A stretch of 64,000 nt of DNA from a virus. The position numbers and the translations under genes are program-made. A model generated the notes under the pieces. It was not told the origin of the DNA. It made no database searches and saw only the letters and a program-made list of their open reading frames with translations. The DNA lies in IMG/VR virus record IMGVR_UViG_3300042885_000570, positions 1 through 64,000 of that record. One strand, written 5' to 3'. Below, piece after piece: positions 48,400-57,414 of this stretch. Position 1 is the first letter of the stretch; every line of letters starts with the position of its first letter.

Positions 48400-48434
48400 A
48401 AAAAAAGGGAGGGAAAACTAATTCACCTCCCTTT
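48400..48434 (-). terminator. Rho-independent terminator
   Basis: Minus strand AAAGGGAGG...CCTCCCTTTTTTT downstream of the 434-aa gene. Confidence 0.75.
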
Positions 48435-48459
48435 GTTAGTATTGTAAGATAACTACTTA

Positions 48460-49764
48460 TTAAGCAGTAATGTCAATTAAAGGAACACAAGCTGTAATAG
48501 CTTCAATTACTTCTAACTCAACACATTGACCACAGTTTGCAGTCCAGTCATCAACAAATTTTTCAAAATCAAGTTCAACACCATTAGTGATAATCTCTAA
48601 TAAGTATTGATCATTATCAAATGTACCAGTTGGGTTATTGAAACGTGGAACTGAATGTTGTAAATAGTATCTTGTATAGAAAGCTGTTCTATTGATAGTA
48701 TTTAAGATTTGATCTCCTTGAGTCACCTCTCTGATTCTTAAATCTGTAGCAAAGAAGTTTTGTCTGTATCTCTCAGATAAGATTACATCTCTTGCAACTG
48801 ACTCACCAAGACCCATTGCTTGTAAACCTTCACACTCAGTAACAACACATAATCCTTCAAATTCACATGGAGCACCATTGTAATCAACTAAAGAAGCATA
48901 CAATTTAACTGGCTCTTTTTCAAAGAAGTCAGAAGTTTGGAATGTACAGTCATTGAAGTCTGTACCAACATAAGCACCAAATAAAGTAATACCTGCGTAT
49001 TGACCTATTACGTGTCCTGGAGATACATAGTTATCCCAAGTACCACCGATTGTAAAACCAGCTGGTGGAACAAGACCTGCAGTAACAGTTCCTGGAGCAT
49101 ACCATAAAGAATTATCTTCAGCAGTAACTACTGGTAATACAAATGGAGAGATTACAGTTTTAGCTGAATCAACAATTGTATTTGGTAAAGACTCACCAAC
49201 AATTGCTTGAGCCCATTGGATCATTACTAAAGTACCATCAACATCTACTGGAGCAATTGCTCCTGCTGGACAACATCCTGTGTAAGCTTCAACAGTTAAG
49301 TATGCATTGTGATTTAAGAATCTTAATGCTGGAGAACCTTTAACGTCAATACGTAAAGAATAAGTCTCATCACATAAAAAATCTCTCTCACATGAACCAC
49401 CTTGTGCTGCAGTAAATGGAGTGAATCCAATGTTAATTACATTTTGTTGAGCTGGATTAGGATCTACTCTGTAAAATCTATTAATGTATTTAGGATTAAT
49501 AGTTTTAGACTTGTTAGATTCTAAGTACCCACCATGAGAACCAATCTTGTCTTTAGAATACAATGATCCTGAAGCAAGAATTAATGGACAACATCCATTT
49601 GGAGGGTTACCAATATCAACAATATCCCAAGTTTTTGGATCAACAAAAGCAAAGTCACCTGTAGCAAGAATGTTACCTGGTGTACCTAGTTGTCCTAGTG
49701 ATAAATCTGTGAAACCTTGTGTTCCAACAAAAGCCTTCTGGAAGGCGTGATTAAAATAAGCCAT
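48460..49764 (-). CDS. Conserved structural protein, probable auxiliary capsid protein
   Basis: 434 aa, beta-rich, with its own promoter-like element and terminator; gene position matches the crAss-like auxiliary capsid gene. Confidence 0.55.
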   Translation of the reverse strand: MAYFNHAFQKAFVGTQGFTDLSLGQLGTPGNILATGDFAFVDPKTWDIVDIGNPPNGCCPLILASGSLYSKDKIGSHGGYLESNKSKTINPKYINRFYRVDPNPAQQNVINIGFTPFTAAQGGSCERDFLCDETYSLRIDVKGSPALRFLNHNAYLTVEAYTGCCPAGAIAPVDVDGTLVMIQWAQAIVGESLPNTIVDSAKTVISPFVLPVVTAEDNSLWYAPGTVTAGLVPPAGFTIGGTWDNYVSPGHVIGQYAGITLFGAYVGTDFNDCTFQTSDFFEKEPVKLYASLVDYNGAPCEFEGLCVVTECEGLQAMGLGESVARDVILSERYRQNFFATDLRIREVTQGDQILNTINRTAFYTRYYLQHSVPRFNNPTGTFDNDQYLLEIITNGVELDFEKFVDDWTANCGQCVELEVIEAITACVPLIDITA

Positions 49765-49796
49765 AACTTTTTAATTTTAATTTATAAACATATATA

Positions 49797-49814
49797 TAAT
49801 ATACTAAAACATTT
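49797..49814 (-). promoter_or_regulatory. Putative late promoter element
   Basis: Minus strand AAATGTTTTAGTATATTA upstream of the 434-aa gene. Confidence 0.45.
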
Positions 49815-49827
49815 TGTTTTAGCAAAA

Positions 49828-50280
49828 TTATTTTAAAAATAATAATTTATATTTAGCTGAGTTAAGCGTATCCTTAACTGTATCAAGAGCATTTACAATT
49901 TCTGAATAAGGCATCTTAGCTTGTAATCCAGTTACCATTGCTGTAATGTCTCTGATGTATCCTAAACCATCCGCTGGTGTTGCTAATGTTCTTGGTGCTA
50001 CTTCACTGTACTGTAATAATAGTTCAGCTGCTCCTTGATATCCTTCTGCTAAGTCATCTGCGTGTCCTGGTAAGGCATCGTATAATTCATTCAATGCTTT
50101 ATGTGCAGCAAATGCTCCAGCACCTTGAACTTTCAAATGTAGTTTATGAAAACTAGTTGCAGCATTCATTAACTCACTCACACATGCAGCTACCATAGAA
50201 TCTACTGATCCTCCACTTGGTGCTGAGTAAGATGCAGCAGATGATGTTGCGTCTCTTTTTAATAATTTGGGTCTTTCCAT
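49828..50280 (-). CDS. Ferritin/Dps-like four-helix protein (DUF5856-like)
   Basis: HKLHLKVQG...AAHKALNELYD....ADDLAE.YQG matches the Dps-like H..H..V.G....H...E.Y......D..AE pattern. Confidence 0.75.
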   Translation of the reverse strand: MERPKLLKRDATSSAASYSAPSGGSVDSMVAACVSELMNAATSFHKLHLKVQGAGAFAAHKALNELYDALPGHADDLAEGYQGAAELLLQYSEVAPRTLATPADGLGYIRDITAMVTGLQAKMPYSEIVNALDTVKDTLNSAKYKLLFLK

Positions 50281-50291
50281 TGTTATAAATA

Positions 50292-50990
50292 TTAATTGTT
50301 TCTTTCTGCTGTTTCTGTTCCTCTAGAGAATTGATTACCAGATTCAATATCACCAGCTAGTACACTTACAGCTTCATCTATTAAAACCTCTATAATATCA
50401 TCTTTAAATTCACATTCTACATTAGTTACTGTTTGTGTTCCTGTATAAGGATCTACACAACCTTGTACTTCTATTCTTACTGGTTGTCTGTAATAAGTTA
50501 ATGCACCAGAACTAATATCAAAATCATTATTGGTATATACATTAACTCTATTACTCTTTAAAGTAGCAAATGTTTCTGCCCATTCAAAGCTAGGTTTTTT
50601 AGCTTCATCAAATAATAATTGATTTAAGTTACCCTCCTCTGCAAGATACACTGACATTCTTCTATCATCACAACATCCTTTCTTAGCAGTAACATCTACA
50701 CGTTTCCATTGTAAATAATCAGCAGGTAAGTCTGAGTAAGATGATATATCAGATTTAACAAATGGTATATTAATAGTACCTAGTAACAATTGTAAATCAT
50801 CTATTCTTCTAGTTGATTGTTCATCACCTTCTTGCACAACATTAATACCGTGAAGTTGTCTTCTGACCCATTCTACTTGAGCTTTATTAAATGCCTCAAC
50901 TACTTGCCAACATTCAATGTTGTCGTAGTCTTGGCTATCTAATTTGTTTAGCCTTTGTTTTACTTTTATTACTAATACACTATTTTGCAT
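50292..50990 (-). CDS. Tail ring / head-tail adaptor protein
   Basis: LNKLDSQ...FNKAQ.E...RRIDDL..L...LPADYL...LTYYRQP...CE......E.LIDEAV, a crAss-like ring protein pattern. Confidence 0.7.
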   Translation of the reverse strand: MQNSVLVIKVKQRLNKLDSQDYDNIECWQVVEAFNKAQVEWVRRQLHGINVVQEGDEQSTRRIDDLQLLLGTINIPFVKSDISSYSDLPADYLQWKRVDVTAKKGCCDDRRMSVYLAEEGNLNQLLFDEAKKPSFEWAETFATLKSNRVNVYTNNDFDISSGALTYYRQPVRIEVQGCVDPYTGTQTVTNVECEFKDDIIEVLIDEAVSVLAGDIESGNQFSRGTETAERNN

Positions 50991-50993
50991 CTG

Positions 50994-51641
50994 TTATCCT
51001 TTTACGCGTTTAAGTCTTGGATTTTTAGCTTTAGCTTTAGCACTAGCTTTTCTAGTTGATGCAGCTAATATAGCTCCAGCAGCTTGTTTACTTACACCTT
51101 GTTTAGCAGCTATCTTAGACTGAACAGCTTTGAAACCTGGATGAGTTGCTCCACCTAATTTTTTTACTGTACTCTTTGGTCCAGCATATTCCATTTTACC
51201 AGTTGACTTATTAATCTTATAATTATCTTGATTTCCTTTTAATCTTTCTTTTTGATCAAGTTTTAATTGTTCAAGCTTTAATCTTTCTTGTTCAAGCCTT
51301 AATGTTTCTCTTGGATCCATATGAGGCGGTTTAATTAATGTTGGTTTTACATTTGAATTACTCCAAGGTCTATACTTTGTTGTATCAGTGATTATACCAT
51401 CTTGAGCTTTAGGTATAACTTTTTTAGTATTACCCTTTGCTTTCATTTTTGCACCAGCGATTCTATCTGCTTTAGATTTACCAGGATTATTATCTATACC
51501 AGCTATAATAGATAGAATACCAAATGGACTAGTTCCACCAGATTTCATCATAGGTTTTCTTTCAGGAGCACATGCACCTGCAGCTGTTCTTACTTTAGTA
51601 TTTTTGCAAGAAGTCTTAACTGCTCTATTAGTAGTTGCCAT
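50994..51641 (-). CDS. Basic internal virion protein
   Basis: K/R-rich; GIDNNP...ADRIAGA and HPGFKAVQ..IA...GVS...AGAILA..TR.AS..AK..NPRLKRVKG segments separated by GG motifs. Confidence 0.7.
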   Translation of the reverse strand: MATTNRAVKTSCKNTKVRTAAGACAPERKPMMKSGGTSPFGILSIIAGIDNNPGKSKADRIAGAKMKAKGNTKKVIPKAQDGIITDTTKYRPWSNSNVKPTLIKPPHMDPRETLRLEQERLKLEQLKLDQKERLKGNQDNYKINKSTGKMEYAGPKSTVKKLGGATHPGFKAVQSKIAAKQGVSKQAAGAILAASTRKASAKAKAKNPRLKRVKG

Positions 51642-51643
51642 GA

Positions 51644-52543
51644 CTATTTCTTTTTAGATTTAACTACTCCACCTTTCTTTTTTGTCATGTCATATACCTT
51701 CTTAGCTACATAACCTATAGGACTAGCCATCACACCTGCTTTGAACTCTGCTGCTGCACTTCTAGGTTTTGGTTTTGCGTCTCCAGCTATTTTACTTTTA
51801 AGGGCACTATATTTTTTTATATTAGCTTCACGCATCTCATCTACTGAAGGTCTTGGACCAACAGTTTTTTTAACTGGTCCTGTTGCACCCTTCTTTGGTG
51901 TATAACCACTAGTATTTACTGGTGATGCTGTTGCACCTCTCTTTGGTGAATAACCACTAGTTTTAGTAGATGGAGATTTAGTATTTATAACAGTATCTTC
52001 ATATTTAGTTTTAGGTCTTTGTTTAGGAATAGTAATACCCACCATAGGATCACCAAATTCTATACTTGGTTTTCTAACTGGTTCAGTACTTTTAGGAGCA
52101 GCTGTTGTTTTAGCACTTACGCCAGCTCTTACTCTTGATGAATCAACTTTTGACTTAATACCTTTTGGGTTAGGACCTTTAGGAGAAGTAGCGTTTATTC
52201 TTGCCATTGCTGCTCTTGGAGTTTCACCAGGTCTACTTGTTGGTGTTGTTTCAAACATTCCTACACCAGTACTTTTTACTTCTCCTTTTGACTGGTATTT
52301 TGTAATTGATTTTTTAACCATTGCATTTCTAGCATCATTAGCTTTTCTAAAAGTAGTTAATACATGTTCTTTTTTAGTTCCACCTTTTTTCATAGACTCA
52401 GGACCTGTTTGACCTGCACCTGTAAAATATGGTATTCCAGCTGCAAACGGTTTTTTACCTGGACCCATAGCTTTAGTAGCCATACCACCTTTAGACATTT
52501 TTTTCATTGTACCCCCACAAGAAGCGCATCCTAACTTTTTCAT
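51644..52543 (-). CDS. Basic low-complexity protein
   Basis: Likely start MKKLGCASCGG at 52543, which avoids overlap with the upstream gene; K/P/T-rich; ends KKKGGVVKSKKK. Confidence 0.7.
   Translation of the reverse strand: MKKLGCASCGGTMKKMSKGGMATKAMGPGKKPFAAGIPYFTGAGQTGPESMKKGGTKKEHVLTTFRKANDARNAMVKKSITKYQSKGEVKSTGVGMFETTPTSRPGETPRAAMARINATSPKGPNPKGIKSKVDSSRVRAGVSAKTTAAPKSTEPVRKPSIEFGDPMVGITIPKQRPKTKYEDTVINTKSPSTKTSGYSPKRGATASPVNTSGYTPKKGATGPVKKTVGPRPSVDEMREANIKKYSALKSKIAGDAKPKPRSAAAEFKAGVMASPIGYVAKKVYDMTKKKGGVVKSKKK
51881..51961. repeat. 33-bp repeat, 48-bp period
   Basis: Encodes TSGYSPKRGAT / TSGYTPKKGAT. Confidence 0.75.
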
Positions 52544-52554
52544 AATATATAAAT

Positions 52555-52827
52555 TTAACAGTTCCACTTTTTTAAAGAAAGAGCCTTTCTAGTAGGTCTT
52601 CCTTTTTCATCTTTCATAGGTCCACTTACTCCAGACATTCTAGCACAAAAACTTTTACGTCTCTTAGCATCTTTACTATCAGGATCTAATTTAGATGGTT
52701 TAGTAGTAACTGCCATCTTAAGTTTAGAACCAGGATTAGCTTTTCTATAGGAAGCAACACCTTTAGCATTTAAGCCTCCGGTTTTGCTTTTTCCTACAGA
52801 TCTTGTCCATGCAGGTGTCTTTGCCAT
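52555..52827 (-). CDS. Small basic conserved phage protein (DUF6321-like)
   Basis: AWTR..GK...GGLNAKG.ASY...NPGS.LK...RRKSFCARM.G...W.C. Confidence 0.7.
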   Translation of the reverse strand: MAKTPAWTRSVGKSKTGGLNAKGVASYRKANPGSKLKMAVTTKPSKLDPDSKDAKRRKSFCARMSGVSGPMKDEKGRPTRKALSLKKWNC

Positions 52828-52829
52828 GG

Positions 52830-54428
52830 TTATTTCTTTTTATTTCTTTTAACAATACCACCTTTTTTCATCATCATTTTTTTCTCTGTATCAGAAATCT
52901 TTTCTTTTAGTCTTTCTGATCTTTCCTCATTACCTCTTGAAGCAGCTCTTCCTGCTCTTCTTTCTCTACTTTCATTCAACATACCTCTTACTTTATTACC
53001 AAAAGTTGCTCTTGGTTGTGCACCACTTGCAGGAGTAGAACTTGAAGGTTTACTTGATGAAGTACTTGAACTTGTACTTGCAGTTGATGTTGCTGCAGCT
53101 TTTGGTTGAATGATTTCTTTTTTAGCTTCAATAGTATTAGCAATTTGTGTTGTAGGTTTCATTTCCATTTTATCAACCTTATTATCTGCTTTTGAAATTG
53201 CAGGTGTTGCAGGTTTTTTAACTAAAGGTTTAGTTTCTTTTTTCTTAGGTGTTAACTCTTTAAAATTATCCTCTGCTTTAGTTTTTCTACTTGCATTTGC
53301 TTTTTCACCAGCTTTAATAATATCTTTTCCTAATGAACCAGTTCTCTCATCTTTTTTATTTGATGTTACAGGTGATTCATAGTTTTTTGTTGCTGGATTA
53401 AAACCATACCATTTAGATGAAACACCTCTTCCCCATTTATCTTTTGCAGGTTTATAATCTACACCTTTCTTTTTAAGTTCATCTTTTAAAGAAGGCGTTT
53501 TTATAAGTGTGTCAGTTTTTATACCTGTTTTATTTCCACCTACTTTAGGTTTTGTTTCATCTTTTTTAGCTTCAGGTTTTTTAGTATCTTTTTTAGCTTT
53601 ATCCTCTTTGCTTTTAGAATAGTCATATAGTTTTTTAATACCATAAGTTGCTGCTGCAGCACCTAGAATAACACCACCAACTTTACCAGCCTTAGCTAAT
53701 TTAGCATTTTTAAGAGCTTTAGCTTTTTCAGCAATTTTAACATTTCTTAAAGTTTTACTACGTTCAGCAGGTGGTTTACCTGCTAGTCTTCTTCTTTCAA
53801 CTCCAGACATTCTTCGAGTTCTTTTTAAGTTTGCTTTAGGAGCTTTTTCAGCAGCTGCTTTTTCAGCAACAGATTTTTCAGCAGCTGCTTTTTCAGCAGC
53901 AAGTCTTTCATTTGCTCTTGCTTTTATATCAGCTAAAGCTTTTCTCTTAGAACCTACACCTGGAGTTTCACCTTTAGAAGCACCTCCACGAGTTCTTGGT
54001 TTAGTGTCTACTAGTGGTTTCTTTTCTAATGGTGTTTTCTTTGCATACTTACCAGATGTACCTGGAGTATTTCCTTTACTTACACCACCACGTGTTCTTG
54101 GAGTAGTTGTAGTAGTTGTAGTAGTAACAGGTTTAGACGCAACTGGTTTAACTGGTTTCTTAGCTGCAGGTTTAGGTGCTGGTTTAGAAGCCGTAGTAGT
54201 TGGTCTAACAGGAGCTTTATATCCTTCACCTTTTACAACTTGTCCCATAGTTTTTGGATCAGTAGGTTTTAATTTAGTTGAACTTACTACAGGTTTGGGA
54301 GCTGGCTTAGGCTTAGGCTTAGGCGCAGGTTTATTATTTATCCCACCAGGATTAATACCTTTTGGGTTAGGACCACCTTTATATCTTGAGTTAGATTTTA
54401 TCCCTTTTGGATTTATTTTACTTGCCAT
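52830..54428 (-). CDS. Very basic histone-H1-like low-complexity protein
   Basis: 532 aa rich in K/P/T/A; internal repeats NPKGI, PRTRGG, AAEK; one hydrophobic stretch VGGVILGAAAATYGI; ends MKKGGIVKRNKKK. Confidence 0.7.
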   Translation of the reverse strand: MASKINPKGIKSNSRYKGGPNPKGINPGGINNKPAPKPKPKPAPKPVVSSTKLKPTDPKTMGQVVKGEGYKAPVRPTTTASKPAPKPAAKKPVKPVASKPVTTTTTTTTPRTRGGVSKGNTPGTSGKYAKKTPLEKKPLVDTKPRTRGGASKGETPGVGSKRKALADIKARANERLAAEKAAAEKSVAEKAAAEKAPKANLKRTRRMSGVERRRLAGKPPAERSKTLRNVKIAEKAKALKNAKLAKAGKVGGVILGAAAATYGIKKLYDYSKSKEDKAKKDTKKPEAKKDETKPKVGGNKTGIKTDTLIKTPSLKDELKKKGVDYKPAKDKWGRGVSSKWYGFNPATKNYESPVTSNKKDERTGSLGKDIIKAGEKANASRKTKAEDNFKELTPKKKETKPLVKKPATPAISKADNKVDKMEMKPTTQIANTIEAKKEIIQPKAAATSTASTSSSTSSSKPSSSTPASGAQPRATFGNKVRGMLNESRERRAGRAASRGNEERSERLKEKISDTEKKMMMKKGGIVKRNKKK

Positions 54429-54439
54429 GATCTTTCAGA

Positions 54440-54610
54440 TTAACATTTTTTACCTTTACTTCCACCCATTTTCATTTTAGGTGAAGCCTGTGGTTTGTTA
54501 ACTTTTCCACATGATTTACCTGATGCATTTTTTAATGCATAAACTGGAGCGTTGGTTCCACCAACTCTACCTGTTGCTTTTTGCTGTACGTTTACTTTTG
54601 CGTTAGCCAT
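54440..54610 (-). CDS. Small basic protein (56 aa, not in ORF track)
   Basis: MANAKVNVQQKATGRVGGTNAPVYALKNASGKSCGKVNKPQASPKMKMGGSKGKKC; fills the gap and carries the MKxGG motif. Confidence 0.75.
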   Translation of the reverse strand: MANAKVNVQQKATGRVGGTNAPVYALKNASGKSCGKVNKPQASPKMKMGGSKGKKC

Positions 54611-54622
54611 GATATATAGTTT

Positions 54623-54653
54623 AAAAAAAGCATACCAGCATTACTGGTATACT
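54623..54653 (-). terminator. Probable terminator
   Basis: Minus strand AGTATACCAG-TAATG-CTGGTATGCT followed by a T-run, right after the 336-aa gene. Confidence 0.6.
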
Positions 54654-54663
54654 CTAGAGTTAT

Positions 54664-55674
54664 TTACATATTCCACAGTTTTTCAACTTGTGCATTTAAA
54701 TCTTTTAAAATATCCTCATTTAAAGGACTTTTTAAGAACTCAATTACATCTGATACATTTCTACCTAACAAGCTATTTGTTCTTGCATGGTAGATATAAC
54801 CATCTGCCTTATTTATAATATACTTAAAAAATATGGAATCTTTAACAATTGCTTTGATTTTTAATGTTTCCATATCTAAAGCTGCTGCATCTAAGAAACC
54901 TTTTGCTGCTCTTTCTTTGTTACCTTCAGTACCTTCACCATTAATGTGTCTATCCATATTGTCATAGATAACATCATTAGGTGTATGTTTTTTATACTGT
55001 ACACTAGCTGTATCAACTGCTTTTGCAATATAGAATAACTTAGTACTATTTTTATCAAATAGTTTCTGTAACTCAGCAAGTGCTTTATTTTTAAGTTTTT
55101 TGTATTCAGTTTTAACACCACTTGTTTCAGTTACTTTATCCAAGTAAAATTTTGGCGGTACTGCTTTTGATCTAGCATCTTCATAACTTCTTGATACAAG
55201 TGAGAATCCTCCAGCTTCAACAGCATATAGTTTAATTCTATCATATGGATTTGCAGGATCTAGATATACTGGATCATTACCACATGACATGTTGATTTTA
55301 TTCCAGAATTCTTTATTATCTGGTCTTAATAATTTTACATCATTCCAGAATGTAGGACTTTCTACATCTAAAATATTAGCAGCTAATTCTCTTTCTAGTT
55401 CTGCTACAGCTTTTCTAATTTCTTTAGTTTTAGCTTCTCTCTCTTCTGCAGGTAATAATTTAATCTCAGGAGCAAATTCATTTAATCCTGTTACATATCT
55501 TATTACTCCATTTTGTTCTAAGCAAGCTAGTTGCTCGTAATGTTTTACACCATCAAATAATGATTGGCCATAATGTTCTAATCCCATATTTGACATTGAA
55601 TTGTCAAAATAAGGTTTAACAGAGATCTTGTTGCTCTTGTTAACGTTAAATACTTCTACGTGTGTGAAATCCAT
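54664..55674 (-). CDS. Conserved crAss-like protein downstream of the major capsid gene
   Basis: 336 aa; FW...L....V.LDP.NP.D.I and LG....DVIEFLK.P.N..I pattern; gene position. Confidence 0.65.
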   Translation of the reverse strand: MDFTHVEVFNVNKSNKISVKPYFDNSMSNMGLEHYGQSLFDGVKHYEQLACLEQNGVIRYVTGLNEFAPEIKLLPAEEREAKTKEIRKAVAELERELAANILDVESPTFWNDVKLLRPDNKEFWNKINMSCGNDPVYLDPANPYDRIKLYAVEAGGFSLVSRSYEDARSKAVPPKFYLDKVTETSGVKTEYKKLKNKALAELQKLFDKNSTKLFYIAKAVDTASVQYKKHTPNDVIYDNMDRHINGEGTEGNKERAAKGFLDAAALDMETLKIKAIVKDSIFFKYIINKADGYIYHARTNSLLGRNVSDVIEFLKSPLNEDILKDLNAQVEKLWNM

Positions 55675-55713
55675 TTTGTGTTGGTTTTAAAATGTTTATA
55701 ATTGTAAATATAT

Positions 55714-55742
55714 AAAAAAAGGAGGAGAATAAACCCCTCCTC
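55714..55742 (-). terminator. Terminator after the major capsid gene
   Basis: Minus strand AGGAGGGG...TTCTCCT hairpin followed by T7. Confidence 0.75.
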
Positions 55743-55765
55743 TTTTTATTTTCTAGTTTGACATA

Positions 55766-57382
55766 TTAGAATGATCCACCTGTGATTGGATTTCTCATAA
55801 CAATTTTCAATACTTTAGTTGGATCTTTAACCCAAATAGCTGGCATTGTTTGAGACATCATTACACGGTAACCGTTGAATTGTCCAGAAGATTGGAATCC
55901 TTGAGATCTACCCATGTAATCCATTGTTCCATTTTGGTACCACCATTTCAATTGATTATCCCAAGATAATTTCAACATGTAGATGTTGTCATTAGTATTA
56001 TCTGTGATATCAAAGATAATGAATGAGTAAGAAGATAATGGGAAACCATCAATGATAGGGTTCTCAATATCATTAGTATGAACATTATCAAATGCAGGAT
56101 TCAATACAAATTTCACATTAGCCAAGAATGGAATAACGTAAGAAGTGTAAGCAAATCCAAAGTTTAAGTCCATACCTTTACCAGTGATAGCACCGATATC
56201 AGCAGCTTGAATCAATAAACCTGAAGAGATAGCTTCTTGTTTAATTGCTTCATTAACCATTCTCATACCACCCATACCTGTTTGAACAACAAGTTGACGT
56301 TTAGGATCTGGTCCTTGGAACTCAACTTTACCATTGAAGAAGTTATATAACTCTCCTCTGAATAAATCTAAGTTAAAGTTGTTTTTGTTGTAGATACGTT
56401 TGAAAGAGTTATCTAACTGTTTCCATAAACCTACAGATAATCTTACATCATCTGGTCCGTCTTGACGTACTCTACCCCCGTGACCCCACATAAGGTAAGT
56501 CTCAATATCAGAAGCAATCTTAGTTAAGTGAGCAGCCTCCATGTTAGTTAAGAAAGTTCTTGATAAATCACCATTATCAAATGCTTTTTTAACTGAGTCT
56601 TTACCCATTACTTTAACCATATCATCCAAAGATGAAATAGATGGATCTAATCCTTTCAAGTGAGATCTCCAGATTTCTGTAACTGGTACAGTACCATCTG
56701 CATTCATACCACCTTTGATCATTAAATCTGCTCTAGAAGAGATAGAATAATGAACGTGAGCTTCAGCACCACCAACAAAGTTATAATACTCACGGAATCC
56801 TGTGTTAGTTTGGATGTCTGAGAATCTCTCACCATACTCACCTCTAGCAGAACCTTTACGGAATACTTTAGTACCATTAGCTAAATAAGCATTATCAATG
56901 TACTTGTAGTTATCATTGTTAACTAACTGTACTGTATAGATGAATCCGTCACCAATTGGTAAGATATCATCAGCAGTAATGTACATCTCAACTCCATTGT
57001 ATTTGTCATAGGTAATGATATCACCATGTCCAAATTCTCTTTTGTTAAGCTTGATTTTGAAAGTAGTACCTTCAATACCTTTAGCAGTGTTAGCTGGTTC
57101 AATGTCTTCAACAATGTAAGGAAGATCAATTGAAACTGGAGTTTGCCATTTGTACTCACCTCTTGCGTTATCTACATTGATAACGTTTTTTCCACCAAAA
57201 GAAGATAACTGGTATAAAGGCATTTCAACTTTCTGAGCCATAGCCCATAAGTCTACTGGACCTAAATCCATTGGTTCTGCATCTTTTAGCATGTTTTGTA
57301 AATGGTATGAATCAACATGTGAACTAGCATTGTATGCCGTATCACGTAGGAAAATACCATTATTTAATACTGGAGTTGCCAT
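55766..57382 (-). CDS. Major capsid protein (crAss-like)
   Basis: 538 aa, after the portal and acidic genes; GEYKWQ, GLWKQL, VQTGMGGM, N.KFVLNPAFD, IW.KDP.K motifs; flanked by a terminator. Confidence 0.85.
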   Translation of the reverse strand: MATPVLNNGIFLRDTAYNASSHVDSYHLQNMLKDAEPMDLGPVDLWAMAQKVEMPLYQLSSFGGKNVINVDNARGEYKWQTPVSIDLPYIVEDIEPANTAKGIEGTTFKIKLNKREFGHGDIITYDKYNGVEMYITADDILPIGDGFIYTVQLVNNDNYKYIDNAYLANGTKVFRKGSARGEYGERFSDIQTNTGFREYYNFVGGAEAHVHYSISSRADLMIKGGMNADGTVPVTEIWRSHLKGLDPSISSLDDMVKVMGKDSVKKAFDNGDLSRTFLTNMEAAHLTKIASDIETYLMWGHGGRVRQDGPDDVRLSVGLWKQLDNSFKRIYNKNNFNLDLFRGELYNFFNGKVEFQGPDPKRQLVVQTGMGGMRMVNEAIKQEAISSGLLIQAADIGAITGKGMDLNFGFAYTSYVIPFLANVKFVLNPAFDNVHTNDIENPIIDGFPLSSYSFIIFDITDNTNDNIYMLKLSWDNQLKWWYQNGTMDYMGRSQGFQSSGQFNGYRVMMSQTMPAIWVKDPTKVLKIVMRNPITGGSF

Positions 57383-57414
57383 TTGTTTTTATTTATTTAT
57401 TTATATTATTTATT

